Assembly: GCA_048939015.1 (NCBI GenBank)
Contig: JBHLPW010000005.1
Span: 52,719 to 116,718, forward strand
DNA: 64,000 nucleotides
Direction: 5' to 3'
DNA from: Promethearchaeota archaeon
Lineage (GTDB): Archaea; Asgardarchaeota; Lokiarchaeia; Sigyniarchaeales; SOKP01
The notes under the pieces are model-generated. The model made no database searches, was not told the origin of the DNA, and saw only the letters and a list, made by a program, of their open reading frames with translations. A program made the translations under genes and the position numbers. Positions 50,863 to 61,015 of the stretch are shown one piece after another. Positions within the stretch are counted from its first letter, which is position 1. Each line of letters begins with the position of its first letter.

Positions 50863-52314
50863 ATGGAAATTTCGGATGAAATTAAAGAAATAGATGAAAA
50901 TTTAATTAAAAAATTAAATCAAATAGCCCAAAATAAAGCTGAATATTGGGATATTAGAGCTGAAGTTAATAATGGAACTAGTTTAGATTTTACTAATCAG
51001 AAGAGTAAGGAAATTTCATCTTTTGAAATTGTTAATTGTGGTATTAGAGCGTTTAAGAATGGTGGTTGGGGATTTTCTGTATTAAATGATTTAAAAAAAG
51101 AGTCTATTAAAATAGGATTAGAGAAAGCAATTAACTTAGCTGTTCTTACTGAATCACTTACAAACATCAAGTTTAAAATTGCTCAAAATGAACCCTTGAT
51201 TCAAAATTACAGAAGTAAAAGTAAAAAAGAAATAGAAGGAATTGATATTGATGATAAAATTAACTTAGTCAAAAACCATGAAAAAATAGCATCCAAATAT
51301 TCGCCCTATATACAAAATACTCGTACTCTCTATCTGGATGGACATTCTCAAACTTTATTCTTAAACTCATTTGGAAGCAAGGTTATTCAAGATTTATCTT
51401 TTGTACGATTATTTTGTATGGTTTTTGCTAACAAGAATGGAACTATTCAGAAATCTGCTAATTCTGTAGCGGGTGTAGGAGGATATGAAATTGTTGAGAC
51501 TGAAAAAGCTCATAATTTAAGTAGAAAAACTGCTAAAGAAGCAGTAGAATTATTAAATGCCAAATCTCCAATCGGAGGTAAATTAACAGTTATTGCAGAC
51601 CCTAAATTGACAGGAACTATAATTCACGAAGCGTTTGGGCACGCATGTGAAGCAGATCTCGTATTGAGTAATGAAAGCGTCTTGAAAGGGATGGTTGGTC
51701 AGAAAGTTGCTTCAGAAAATGTTTCTATTATAGACTTTCCATCAATGGGTCAAGGAAAGCAGTTTAAATTACCCTATGAATTGTTTGGTAGTTATTTTAT
51801 TGATGATGAAGGAATTTCCTCTCAAAAGACTGTAATTATTGAAAATGGGATACTTAAGAATTATTTACATAATTTGGAGACCTCATCAAGAATGAAAGTT
51901 CCCTCTAATGGGCATGGTAGAGCCTCCACTAGTTCTGAAAGACCACAAGTGCGAATGGGTTACACTTACTTAGAACCTAAAGATTGGAGTATTGAAGATA
52001 TTATCGAAGACACGAAAGAAGGAATTCTATGTGAAGATTTTCAATATGGCTATACTGATCCAACGACAGGTAATTTTCAATTTAAATGTCGAAGTTCATA
52101 TAGGATCAAAAATGGAGAAAAAAGAGAAAATATGAGAGATGTCTCTCTAAGTGGTATGATTCTTGAAGCTTTAAACAAGATATCTGCAATAGGAAATGAA
52201 AAATCATTTGATTATTCAGTAGGAATGTGCGGAAAAGGTGGTCAACTTGTTAGAGTGTGTGACGGAGCACCTTATATACGTATAGAAAATGTAACTGTTG
52301 GAGGATTGAATTAA
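50863..52314 (+). CDS. tldD: TldD metalloprotease subunit
   Basis: HEAFGHACEAD, DDEG, GHGR, CGKGGQ. Confidence 0.94.
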   Translation: MEISDEIKEIDENLIKKLNQIAQNKAEYWDIRAEVNNGTSLDFTNQKSKEISSFEIVNCGIRAFKNGGWGFSVLNDLKKESIKIGLEKAINLAVLTESLTNIKFKIAQNEPLIQNYRSKSKKEIEGIDIDDKINLVKNHEKIASKYSPYIQNTRTLYLDGHSQTLFLNSFGSKVIQDLSFVRLFCMVFANKNGTIQKSANSVAGVGGYEIVETEKAHNLSRKTAKEAVELLNAKSPIGGKLTVIADPKLTGTIIHEAFGHACEADLVLSNESVLKGMVGQKVASENVSIIDFPSMGQGKQFKLPYELFGSYFIDDEGISSQKTVIIENGILKNYLHNLETSSRMKVPSNGHGRASTSSERPQVRMGYTYLEPKDWSIEDIIEDTKEGILCEDFQYGYTDPTTGNFQFKCRSSYRIKNGEKRENMRDVSLSGMILEALNKISAIGNEKSFDYSVGMCGKGGQLVRVCDGAPYIRIENVTVGGLN

Positions 52315-53688
52315 ATGGAGTATTCTGACATATACTCACTAGCAGAATTTTGCTTTAAAATAATTGAAAGGGAGATTTCAGAAATAAAAGCTGCAGAAAT
52401 TTATTTTGAAAAAAATAATTACATCAACATCGAAATTGAAGAAAATTCAATTAAGAATAGTGAAGTTGGAGAGGATTTCGGAGCTTCTATTAGAGTCATA
52501 AATAAAAACGGAGCACTAGGTTTTGCATATTCTAATAAATTAATTAAGTCTTCTATAGAGAAAGTTTGTAGAATCGCCATCAAAATGATGAAAGTTGCTT
52601 CACCAGATCCAGATTTTAAAGATTTACCTAATCCATTTAATAATTATCCTAATGTTAAAGATTTATGCGATAAAAATTTAAAATATCTTCAAACAGAAGA
52701 TGCCTTGGATTATGTTAATGATTTGATTGAAGTATGTAAAAAAGATGATGTGGCAATTTCACAATCAGGAAACTTTGTATCAGACTATTCTAAAACGTAC
52801 ATATTTAATTCTAACGGTTTAAATATCTCTAAAAAAGAAACTAGTTGTTTAATTTCTTCTAACATTATAGTAAAAGATAATATAAGTAAAGAAACATCCT
52901 CAGGTTCTGAAAGACAAATAGAGAGAAGTTTAAATAAGTTAAATGCCATCAATGTTGCCAATTTAGCTTTAGAGGATGCTAAACAAAATCTTAATAGGAA
53001 AAAAGTTAGAAATATGAAAGTACCTGTAATCTTAACCCCAAAAGGTACAATAAGTCTAATTTTAAGCCCTATTGCCGCAGCAATAAATGCAGAGACCTTT
53101 CAATATAAAAGGAGTTTTCTAGTTGACAAAAGAGGTGAAAAAATAGGTTCAGAATTTTTAAATATAGAAGATAATGGATTAATAGATAATGCCGCTGGTT
53201 CTCAGATATTTGATGATGAAGGAATTCCATGTCAAAACAAAAAAATCTTACAGAATGGAAAATTCCTTAAAAGTGGATTATTACATAATAGTTATACTGC
53301 CGGCAAAGAGGGCGTAGAAAGTACTGGAAATGCTTCTCGGGGGTCTTACATAACAATCCCTTCAATTGGGATTACAAATTTTATCATGAAACCAGGGGAT
53401 ATATTAATAGAAGAAATTTTTAAGAGTATCAAAAGAGGAATTTTGCTTAATTATACAGGCGACTCCCCTAATATTTCAACAGGAGATTTTTCAGGTTTAA
53501 TACTTCGTGGGAATCTAATTGAGGACGGAGAAATAAAGGATCCCTTAAATGAAACCATGATAGGAATAAATTTAATAGATTTATTTAAGAACATTGAGGC
53601 TGTATCAAAAGATTACAAAATATATGGAGCATTTCAAGCTCCATGGGTAAAAATAAGATCAGTAAATGTAATTGGAGGAGCAAATTAA
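52315..53688 (+). CDS. pmbA: TldE/PmbA partner subunit
   Basis: FDDEG, STGNASR, TGDFS; lacks HExxH; starts at the base after the tldD stop. Confidence 0.92.
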   Translation: MEYSDIYSLAEFCFKIIEREISEIKAAEIYFEKNNYINIEIEENSIKNSEVGEDFGASIRVINKNGALGFAYSNKLIKSSIEKVCRIAIKMMKVASPDPDFKDLPNPFNNYPNVKDLCDKNLKYLQTEDALDYVNDLIEVCKKDDVAISQSGNFVSDYSKTYIFNSNGLNISKKETSCLISSNIIVKDNISKETSSGSERQIERSLNKLNAINVANLALEDAKQNLNRKKVRNMKVPVILTPKGTISLILSPIAAAINAETFQYKRSFLVDKRGEKIGSEFLNIEDNGLIDNAAGSQIFDDEGIPCQNKKILQNGKFLKSGLLHNSYTAGKEGVESTGNASRGSYITIPSIGITNFIMKPGDILIEEIFKSIKRGILLNYTGDSPNISTGDFSGLILRGNLIEDGEIKDPLNETMIGINLIDLFKNIEAVSKDYKIYGAFQAPWVKIRSVNVIGGAN

Positions 53689-54221
53689 CCAGTTATATTT
53701 AATCGTAAGTAATGAATAATAAATAATTCTTCAATTTCATGTTTTATTTGCCATAATTCTGCGATAATTATCTGATTCGTCCCCTCCTCTGAAAATGATA
53801 CATTATATTCACCATAAATTTGAAGTTCATTAGGATTTAACGTAAAATTTCCTATTGTTTGATATGAAGTTCCATTTGAACCAGTTGAACTTATAACAGT
53901 ATTATTATTTCCCTTTTTAATTTTGAATCTAAACATAAATTCTCTATCTAAATAATTCCCAACACTTAGATAGATTGGAATAGTTTCATTAATAGAGGCT
54001 TTTGTTTGATAGTTTTCTGCTTTTTGATTTTCATTTAAAATCCCAAAGGTAACATAGCCAGGCTCAGGATTTAACAAGTAGTAAACAATAAAACCTGAAA
54101 CAATAATGATCCCAATAATCAAACTAATTTTAACGACTTGATCAAAATGCCTATTAGAGGTTTTAATATCGTTTTTCTCTTCTTTCTTAGCTATTATGTT
54201 CATTATCTTTAAACCAAGCAA
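53685..54221 (-). CDS. DUF1616-like single-TM protein with Ig-like extracellular domain (true start may be the Met at 54203)
   Basis: One TM helix followed by EPGYVTFGILNENQKAENY and a beta-rich domain. Confidence 0.7.
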   Translation of the reverse strand: MLGLKIMNIIAKKEEKNDIKTSNRHFDQVVKISLIIGIIIVSGFIVYYLLNPEPGYVTFGILNENQKAENYQTKASINETIPIYLSVGNYLDREFMFRFKIKKGNNNTVISSTGSNGTSYQTIGNFTLNPNELQIYGEYNVSFSEEGTNQIIIAELWQIKHEIEELFIIHYLRLNITG

Positions 54222-55257
54222 TAGTTTTCTTTAATCCGTCCTCAAGTGCGGTTAATGGCTCCCAGTTTAATATTTCTTTTGCTTTTGTAATAACAGGGCA
54301 CCTATAAGTTGGATCATCTATAGGTAATGGTTTAAAAATTATTTTTGAATTAGAATTAGCTAATTCTTTGATAATATGAGCTATTTCTAGTATAGTATAT
54401 TCTTTATTATTACCTAAATTAATAACTTCACCTATAGCTTCATCTTTATATACCATTTTAAGTATCCCTTCTATTTCATCTACCACATAAATAAAAGATC
54501 TTGTTTGTGATCCATCACCAAATACTGTTATATCCTCATCATGTAGAGCTTGATGTATGAAATTAGGGACAACTCTTCCAAAAGCGGGACCATGCCTTAT
54601 TCTTGGACCAGATGTATTAAAGATCCTTACAATTTTAGCTCTCATTTTATGTTGAAGTTCATAAGCTTTTATAAAAGCCTCTCCAGCGCGTTTAGATTCA
54701 TCATAACAACTTCTTGGACCAACAGGGTTTACATGCCCAAAGTAGCTTTCTGGAGTAGGAATAGCTTCCTTCGGGGGATTTCCATAAACTTCAGAGGTAC
54801 TTGTATAAAAAAAAATGGCGTTATGGAACTTAGCAATACCCAAAGAGTTTAGAGTACCAAGAGTATTGCTTCTAAGAATAGATATTGGTTCTTCTTGAAA
54901 TTCAAATGGAGAAGCTCTACTTGCCATATGCATTACAGTGTCAATTTTTTTAATATCCGCTACACATATACCTAATGGGTGATAGCTCATACCAAAATAA
55001 ATTGGATATGATATATCATGATTAATAAATCGAAAATTATCTTTATCCATTAAATGTAATATATTTTTAGGCTTCCCCGAAGATAAATTATCTAAGCATA
55101 TACAATATGCGCCTTGTTCAACCAGAACATCACAAACCCAAGAACCTAAGAAACCAGCACCTCCAGTTACTAAAATAGTTTTTCCTTCAAAGGATATATC
55201 ATCTTTCCTAAGTCTATTTAGAATCTCTTGAATATCTTGGTCAATATTATAATTCAA
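54187..55257 (-). CDS. UDP-glucuronate decarboxylase-like extended SDR
   Basis: VTGGAGFLGS, ASP, STSEVYG, PRSCYDESKR, RIFNT, GDGSQTRSF. Confidence 0.9.
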   Translation of the reverse strand: MNYNIDQDIQEILNRLRKDDISFEGKTILVTGGAGFLGSWVCDVLVEQGAYCICLDNLSSGKPKNILHLMDKDNFRFINHDISYPIYFGMSYHPLGICVADIKKIDTVMHMASRASPFEFQEEPISILRSNTLGTLNSLGIAKFHNAIFFYTSTSEVYGNPPKEAIPTPESYFGHVNPVGPRSCYDESKRAGEAFIKAYELQHKMRAKIVRIFNTSGPRIRHGPAFGRVVPNFIHQALHDEDITVFGDGSQTRSFIYVVDEIEGILKMVYKDEAIGEVINLGNNKEYTILEIAHIIKELANSNSKIIFKPLPIDDPTYRCPVITKAKEILNWEPLTALEDGLKKTIAWFKDNEHNS

Positions 55258-55432
55258 ATTTTACAACCATAGAACGTAGTTTTATATTTTTTTTTATTTA
55301 TTGTAGTAAATAAATTTTTCTTTAAGCTAAAAACTGTTTTAAAATATTTAGCTACAGTAGTTAACTAATATTCAACAATTTTAAAGAACGAAAATGTTGA
55401 TAAATCTATGAAAGAATAACAAAATAAGATAT

Positions 55433-56017
55433 TTAATTTGCTTTAGAACCACAATATTGGCAAAATTTCAATTCTAAAGGATAAAGTTTTCCACAATTCG
55501 AACATTTCTTTAAAGAATTTTTAAGAATTTCTCTGCCTAACATTTCAAAGGCTTTTTCAACATTTTCACCTGTTTTTGCTGAAGTACTTAACATTTCTCC
55601 TTGAAATTTAAACTTTTCAAAAAGTTTTAGCGCTTTTTCTCGTTTAACTTTTCTCTTTAAATCGTTCTTAGCTTCGATTAGTATTTTCGTCTTAGGAGAG
55701 TTAGGTACCGAAGAAATCACATTAATCCAATCATATAAATCATTTAGTGAATCTTCATTTGTAATATCATATAACATTAAAGCTCCAGAAGCTCCAGAAA
55801 CATAGGAAGGGAAAAGGAGTCGGAATTTTTTTTCACCAGCGAAATCCCAGATATTAAGAAGGATTTCAGTGTCATCTACAACTACTTTTTTTGTTTCAAA
55901 ATCGACACCAATCGTAGATAAAGTAGATTTTTCAAATTTCCCAGTAGCAAAGCGACGAAGTAGACTGGTTTTACCTACATTCTTAGCTCCAGCAACAACG
56001 ACTTTAAATTTTATCAT
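55433..56017 (-). CDS. Rab-like small GTPase with C-terminal zinc ribbon
   Basis: GAKNVGKTS, TIGVDF, WDFAGE, AKND, SAKTG; CSNC...CQYCG tail. Confidence 0.92.
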   Translation of the reverse strand: MIKFKVVVAGAKNVGKTSLLRRFATGKFEKSTLSTIGVDFETKKVVVDDTEILLNIWDFAGEKKFRLLFPSYVSGASGALMLYDITNEDSLNDLYDWINVISSVPNSPKTKILIEAKNDLKRKVKREKALKLFEKFKFQGEMLSTSAKTGENVEKAFEMLGREILKNSLKKCSNCGKLYPLELKFCQYCGSKAN

Positions 56018-56152
56018 AAACTCTCTTGCTCAACTTTTTTTGAAGTTGTATTCTTAATCAATAAAATTCAGTAATATTATAAATTATTATTGAAAATATA
56101 AAAAATCTTTTTTATTATTTTAATAAATGAACAACATTATTATAAACGGAAT

Positions 56153-58510
56153 TTAGGAGTCATTTTTATATTTATATCTGCTAATTTTATAAATTTGTTG
56201 AGCGATTTTTTTTCCAACATTCTCAATTTTAGTTAAATCTGGTATATCAGCTAAGAAAATATTTTGCAATGTCTTTAAATCTTTCAATAAGTTTTTTGCT
56301 CTTAAAGTATTAACACCAGGTATTCCCGCAACGATATATTCTAATAACTGAGAAGTTTCAATTGGAGCTTTATCAAATCTTAGTTTTAATGATGATTTTG
56401 ATATTGATTGTTCTTTTTTCGCTAATTGATATATAAATTTCGCAGTCTCTAAAGTATCTTCTGTTCTGTAAATTATGATACCCAAATTAATAATAATAGC
56501 AGTGATTGCACCATAGAGTGCATTTTCATTGATATTAGAATCTTCTAAGGGATCACCCTCCAAAATTAATATTGGTCGTGAAAAATGTTCCCTCAGTTCA
56601 CTTAATTCTTTAAATAACCTACCATCAATTATAGAATCATTAAAATCTTTAGCGGATTTTCTTTCAATCCCTACTCTTTCTGAAATAACATAATCTGCTA
56701 CAGCTAATTGCTCCAATTTTAAATTTAGGCCCATCAACGATAAAGTCCTTACTACCGGAGAAGCAGTCTCACGATTATCACATATTATTTCAAAACTTTC
56801 AGCATCATCGATCTTCTTAATTGAACTTAGATCGAGACTCTCAACTCCATTTAATTTAATTTCATCTTTTTTTTTATTAGTTATGAAATTCAGAAGATTT
56901 GATTGTTCTGATTTTGATGTACTTTCAGAACTTTTTATATTTTCTAGACTCAACTTCATATTTTTTTCTTTAGCTTTTTCTGCCCAGTAATAACCTTCAT
57001 CTCGAGTCCCTTCTGCCATTAATACAAAGACTTTACCCTCTTTTTTTCTTCCAGTACGACCACGACGTTGAATGGAGCGTATAGCGCTAGGAACAACATC
57101 ATAGAAAATTACCAAATCACATTCTTCAATATCCAATCCTTCTTCAGCAACACTTGTCCCTACTATAGTATTATATATTCCCTCTTTAAATTCTTTGAGT
57201 AAATTTATCTGCTCTTTTTGAGTTAAACCTTTATCTGATCCTCTTGTTGCTTGTCCAACGAATTTATGAATTTTAATTATTTCATCATCTTCAAAAATCT
57301 TTACTATATTATTAACAGAATCTCTAAAATGACAAAAAACTAATATTCTGGAATTAATATTTTCTTTTATTTGATTAGTAAGGAGATCTCTTAACTTTTC
57401 TATTTTTGGATGCACCACTCCTTTTGAATAAAGATCTTCCGTTAGTTTAATAGCTTTTTTTAATTCTTTATCAATAAATAATTCTTTTAATGATTTATTT
57501 GCTGTATTTTTCTTGATTTTCTCTTCATTCTTATCAAAATAATCTTTAAGAGCACTTACTCCCTGAGTTTCTATTAACTCAGTCATGTGAGATAACCTGA
57601 TAGCGTTAGCTGTCACCTTTTTAGCATTAAACATTTGGAATTTTTCATCATTATCTCTAGCTGTAGAAATTCTACGATTTATTATATTATTTAATTTAAG
57701 TAAATCCTTTCTGGTGATTTTATATATATCATAAGAGCCTAATAACTCAGAATCTTTCAGAAATTTATAGCAAATCCTTAATTTCTCTTCTAATGTCTTT
57801 TTAACTTCTAAAAATTCAGCTGGAAGTTTAATTTTTATCCATTCATTATCTACTTTATGGATATATGGTTTAACATCTAAATCCTTTTCTGTTCTAATTT
57901 CTATATGATTGATAAATAAATTCTGCTTAATCTCATTGATTTTGCCTTCAGTAGAACCTGGACTTGCTGTAAGTCCTAATATCTGAGAATTCATTGAGGT
58001 ATCTATATACTTTTTTGCAAGAAAACAATAAGCATAATCTCCTACAGCTCTATGGCACTCATCAAAAATAATTAAAGAAACATCTTTTACTGAATATAAT
58101 CCTGAAATTAGATCGTTTTGAAGAACTTGAGGAGTCATAAAAGCAACTTTAATATCTTCCCATAAATTCTTCCTTTTATCAGGAGGAGTTGAACCTGTAA
58201 GAGAGATAAGTGACTCTTCAGGAAGATTTGTTAATTGTAAAAATGATTTGAAGTGCTGTTCTACTAACGGTTTAGTAGGTGCTAAAAATATAACTTTTGA
58301 ATCTTCGATTTCTGTTAATCTTTGTACTGTTAGCATTAAAGCTATTATTGTTTTACCTAAACCCGTAGGAATTACTACTAAACAATTTTTATTTAAACAA
58401 CTTATAAAAATATTCTCTTGGTATTCCCGTCGACTTATTATGTTTTCTTTAATTAGTGGGTGTGAAATAAATTCATCATCTACGGAAACCAAAATCACCA
58501 GTGAATACAA
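56153..58510 (-). CDS. hef: Hef (FANCM/XPF-type SF2 helicase plus ERCC4 nuclease and HhH)
   Basis: PTGLGKT, DECHRA, TASPG, QRRGRTGR; DNRE...DY...ERK nuclease motif; IPGV and IENVG HhH motifs. Confidence 0.95.
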   Translation of the reverse strand: MYSLVILVSVDDEFISHPLIKENIISRREYQENIFISCLNKNCLVVIPTGLGKTIIALMLTVQRLTEIEDSKVIFLAPTKPLVEQHFKSFLQLTNLPEESLISLTGSTPPDKRKNLWEDIKVAFMTPQVLQNDLISGLYSVKDVSLIIFDECHRAVGDYAYCFLAKKYIDTSMNSQILGLTASPGSTEGKINEIKQNLFINHIEIRTEKDLDVKPYIHKVDNEWIKIKLPAEFLEVKKTLEEKLRICYKFLKDSELLGSYDIYKITRKDLLKLNNIINRRISTARDNDEKFQMFNAKKVTANAIRLSHMTELIETQGVSALKDYFDKNEEKIKKNTANKSLKELFIDKELKKAIKLTEDLYSKGVVHPKIEKLRDLLTNQIKENINSRILVFCHFRDSVNNIVKIFEDDEIIKIHKFVGQATRGSDKGLTQKEQINLLKEFKEGIYNTIVGTSVAEEGLDIEECDLVIFYDVVPSAIRSIQRRGRTGRKKEGKVFVLMAEGTRDEGYYWAEKAKEKNMKLSLENIKSSESTSKSEQSNLLNFITNKKKDEIKLNGVESLDLSSIKKIDDAESFEIICDNRETASPVVRTLSLMGLNLKLEQLAVADYVISERVGIERKSAKDFNDSIIDGRLFKELSELREHFSRPILILEGDPLEDSNINENALYGAITAIIINLGIIIYRTEDTLETAKFIYQLAKKEQSISKSSLKLRFDKAPIETSQLLEYIVAGIPGVNTLRAKNLLKDLKTLQNIFLADIPDLTKIENVGKKIAQQIYKISRYKYKNDS

Positions 58511-58689
58511 TTAAATTTTAGCGTTTGAGTATAAGATTTAATTGAAATATATAAACTAACAGACTTAATAAGATCATTAAAAAATACTTAAATTCTTAAA
58601 TCGATTTAACAATAATTTAATAAATTGAATTAATAAAAGAGAACTGTAATATTTAATTCGGATGATTTATTAATTTTAATTAAGAGTAA

Positions 58690-58793
58690 GCGCGGGTGGT
58701 CTAGTGGTATGACGACACATTATTTGCATATCGCATCTAAAGCGTTAAACGCTCACACCGTGTAAATCAGGGGTTCAATTCCCCTCCTGCGCA
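58690..58793 (+). tRNA. tRNA-Val(CAC) with a 32-nt intron (58717-58748) at non-canonical position 28/29
   Basis: Acceptor GCGCGGG/CCTGCGC plus discriminator A; D-arm GTC..GAC; T-arm AGGGG-TTCAATT-CCCCT. Removing the intron gives stem ACACG/CGTGT and loop CT-CAC-AC, 72 nt without CCA. Confidence 0.85.
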
Positions 58794-58892
58794 TTATTTT
58801 ACCTTTAATTAGTATCTATCTATTAAAATCTTAATAAAAACCAAAAAAGTTATATGAAATCAAAGATTTTGTAATTTTAAGTTACTCCTTCT

Positions 58893-59207
58893 TTGGGTTA
58901 TGATATGTCTAGTTTCTTAGAATCTCGAGAATTACGAAAGGAATATAAGAAAGTTAGAAATTACGTCAAAATTGGACCGATCTTTCTCACAAGATACGAA
59001 AAAGCCAGAATCGTTGGTGCAAGGGCTTTACAAATAAGCTTCGGCGCCCCTATCCTTGTGGAAAAGCCTAAGAACATGATTGATCCCATAAAGATTGCCC
59101 AAATCGAGCTTAGATCAAAAATCTTACCACTTACAATCAGACGTGAAAATCCTAATGGAGAATTCCAAGATATTCCCATCAATAAGTTAATTTTAAAAAA
59201 AGATTAA
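58893..59207 (+). CDS. rpo6: RNA polymerase subunit Rpo6 (K/RPB6)
   Basis: [27 protein letters not shown]...LPLTIRR. Confidence 0.95.
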   Translation: MGYDMSSFLESRELRKEYKKVRNYVKIGPIFLTRYEKARIVGARALQISFGAPILVEKPKNMIDPIKIAQIELRSKILPLTIRRENPNGEFQDIPINKLILKKD

Positions 59208-59219
59208 CTATTTGATAAA

Positions 59220-59675
59220 TTATTGGACTCGATATTTTCCTCGCTCTGTTAGGTAATAGACCGGTTTATCACCTACCATTTCGGATATAATATAACCTTT
59301 AGAAACTAACCCGCCAAGAATTTCTTCCAATTCCGCTTTTTTAAAACCAGGAATTCCTAAAGGTATTCTAGACTGGTTAGCAATTATGGCAATTCGTTCA
59401 ATGAATAATCTTTTACCCATAAATGTTTCAAGGATTGTTATTTCATCATTTGAAAGCCTTTCAAATTGATCATGCTCTATATAACGTTCCTTTAGAGTTT
59501 GTGCAAGATCTCTCGTTTCTGGGCTTATTTCTTGTTTTTTAACTTCAACATGTTTTAAGGTTACTAAATCTTTTGCTACTAGTTTTTTTGAATGTTCATC
59601 TACCAACTCTTTTTCTTCGTTCTCTTTTTTGGATGAGTCATCATTTTTATTTTCCATAATATTACCATAAGGCAT
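59220..59675 (-). CDS. Hypothetical protein with C-terminal winged helix
   Basis: ELEEILGGLVSKGYI...YYLTERGK wHTH tail; charged N-terminus. Confidence 0.72.
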   Translation of the reverse strand: MPYGNIMENKNDDSSKKENEEKELVDEHSKKLVAKDLVTLKHVEVKKQEISPETRDLAQTLKERYIEHDQFERLSNDEITILETFMGKRLFIERIAIIANQSRIPLGIPGFKKAELEEILGGLVSKGYIISEMVGDKPVYYLTERGKYRVQ

Positions 59676-59702
59676 ATAATTATAAAAATGTATATTTAAA
59701 TA

Positions 59703-60269
59703 ATGTATAAGGTCTTAGAACTAAAATCTGGAGAAAATGTAGTAATACGACATTTAATTAAATCAGACATAGATGGGGTTTGGTTTAATTTTAATGAAGT
59801 AGTTGAAGAAGGTAATTATTTACCTGTATTTTTTCCCGTAAGATCACAACTCGAAAAAGATGCATGGTATCATAATATAAAAAAAGATAATGAGATTTGT
59901 ATAGTTGCTGAAAATCCAGATTTGAAAAAACCTTATAACATTATTGGCCAATGTGAAGTTTTAAACTCTGATTGGGACGCTGCCGAACATGTGGGTGTTC
60001 TAGGTATCGTTGTACGGAATAAATATAGAAATTTAACTATTGGAAGAAATCTTATAGATTTTGCCATAAGAGAGTCAAAAATATTAAATAATAAAAAAAA
60101 AATCATTTTGAGTAGTTTTTCATCCAATAAAAGAGCAATTCATTTATTCAAAAAATTAGGATTTGAAGTCGTGGGCATTAGAAAAAAGCAATTTCTAATG
60201 GATTCAAATTATATCGATGAGGTTTTAATGGAGCTATGGATTGATGATTATATAATTCAAAATCGATGA
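59703..60269 (+). CDS. GNAT-family N-acetyltransferase
   Basis: LGIVVRNKYRNLTIGR (motif A-like), NKRAIHLFKKLGF. Confidence 0.9.
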   Translation: MYKVLELKSGENVVIRHLIKSDIDGVWFNFNEVVEEGNYLPVFFPVRSQLEKDAWYHNIKKDNEICIVAENPDLKKPYNIIGQCEVLNSDWDAAEHVGVLGIVVRNKYRNLTIGRNLIDFAIRESKILNNKKKIILSSFSSNKRAIHLFKKLGFEVVGIRKKQFLMDSNYIDEVLMELWIDDYIIQNR

Positions 60270-60401
60270 AAAAGTAAAAATTTATATTAGTTTCTAAAAA
60301 TCAGGACAAAATTGGATAAAAAACTTGTCTTGTAGAAACCTATTAAAAAGAGTATTCTTTTACTTTTATTTAATAAGAATATTATTATTAGTTCGCTTTT
60401 C

Positions 60402-61010
60402 ATGCTAAAATACAAAATTTGTGTAGCAGGTTCTAAAGGTATTGGAAAATCATCGCTGATAACTAGATATGTAGACGATACTTTTAATGAGAAATCAATG
60501 CAAACGATTGGAGTAGCTTTTAAAAGAAAAGAGATTAAGATTAAAGAAAATTTAAGGATTGAATTGAATATTTGGGATTTTGGAGGCGAAGAAAAATATC
60601 GGATTCTATTTCCTGCTTATGTGAATGGTGCAGCTGCTTCTTTATTACTCTATGATACTACTGATAAGAATTCATTAGAAGATCTTAAGAAATGGGTTCA
60701 AATTATTGACGATAACTCAAATGAAATCATTAAGGTAATAATTGGTACCAAAGCTGACTTAAAAAAACAACGAGAAATTACTAAAGCAGATGCGTTTAAA
60801 ATTAGTGAAAAATTTAACTGTTATGGAGATCCTATTAATACTTCATCAAAAACAGGTGAAAATGTCGAAAAAGCATTTCTAAATTTAGTACAAGCAATTA
60901 TAGAACAAAAATTACATGAATGCAAAAGTTGTGGAGAATTTTTTTCTAAAAAACTTAAATTTTGTAATTACTGCGGAGAAGAATCCGAAATTGAAATAAT
61001 GTCTTCATAA
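60402..61010 (+). CDS. Rab-like small GTPase with C-terminal zinc ribbon (paralog of 55433..56017)
   Basis: GSKGIGKSS, TIGVAF, WDFGGE, TKAD, SSKTG; CKSC...CNYCG tail. Confidence 0.92.
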   Translation: MLKYKICVAGSKGIGKSSLITRYVDDTFNEKSMQTIGVAFKRKEIKIKENLRIELNIWDFGGEEKYRILFPAYVNGAAASLLLYDTTDKNSLEDLKKWVQIIDDNSNEIIKVIIGTKADLKKQREITKADAFKISEKFNCYGDPINTSSKTGENVEKAFLNLVQAIIEQKLHECKSCGEFFSKKLKFCNYCGEESEIEIMSS

Positions 61011-61015
61011 TTTAC

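Noticed and set aside
50863-53688. TldD/E as part of a RiPP biosynthetic cluster
   Set aside because: No YcaO, radical SAM or precursor peptide nearby; the 65-aa upstream ORF is a C4 zinc finger; tldD/pmbA pairs are widespread in archaea.
58690-58793. Reading the tRNA as tRNA-Gly, or with a canonical 37/38 intron
   Set aside because: The GCG acceptor start looks Gly-like, but a 37/38 split gives a mismatched stem and an implausible loop. Only the 28/29-type split yields a perfect stem, and its anticodon is CAC.
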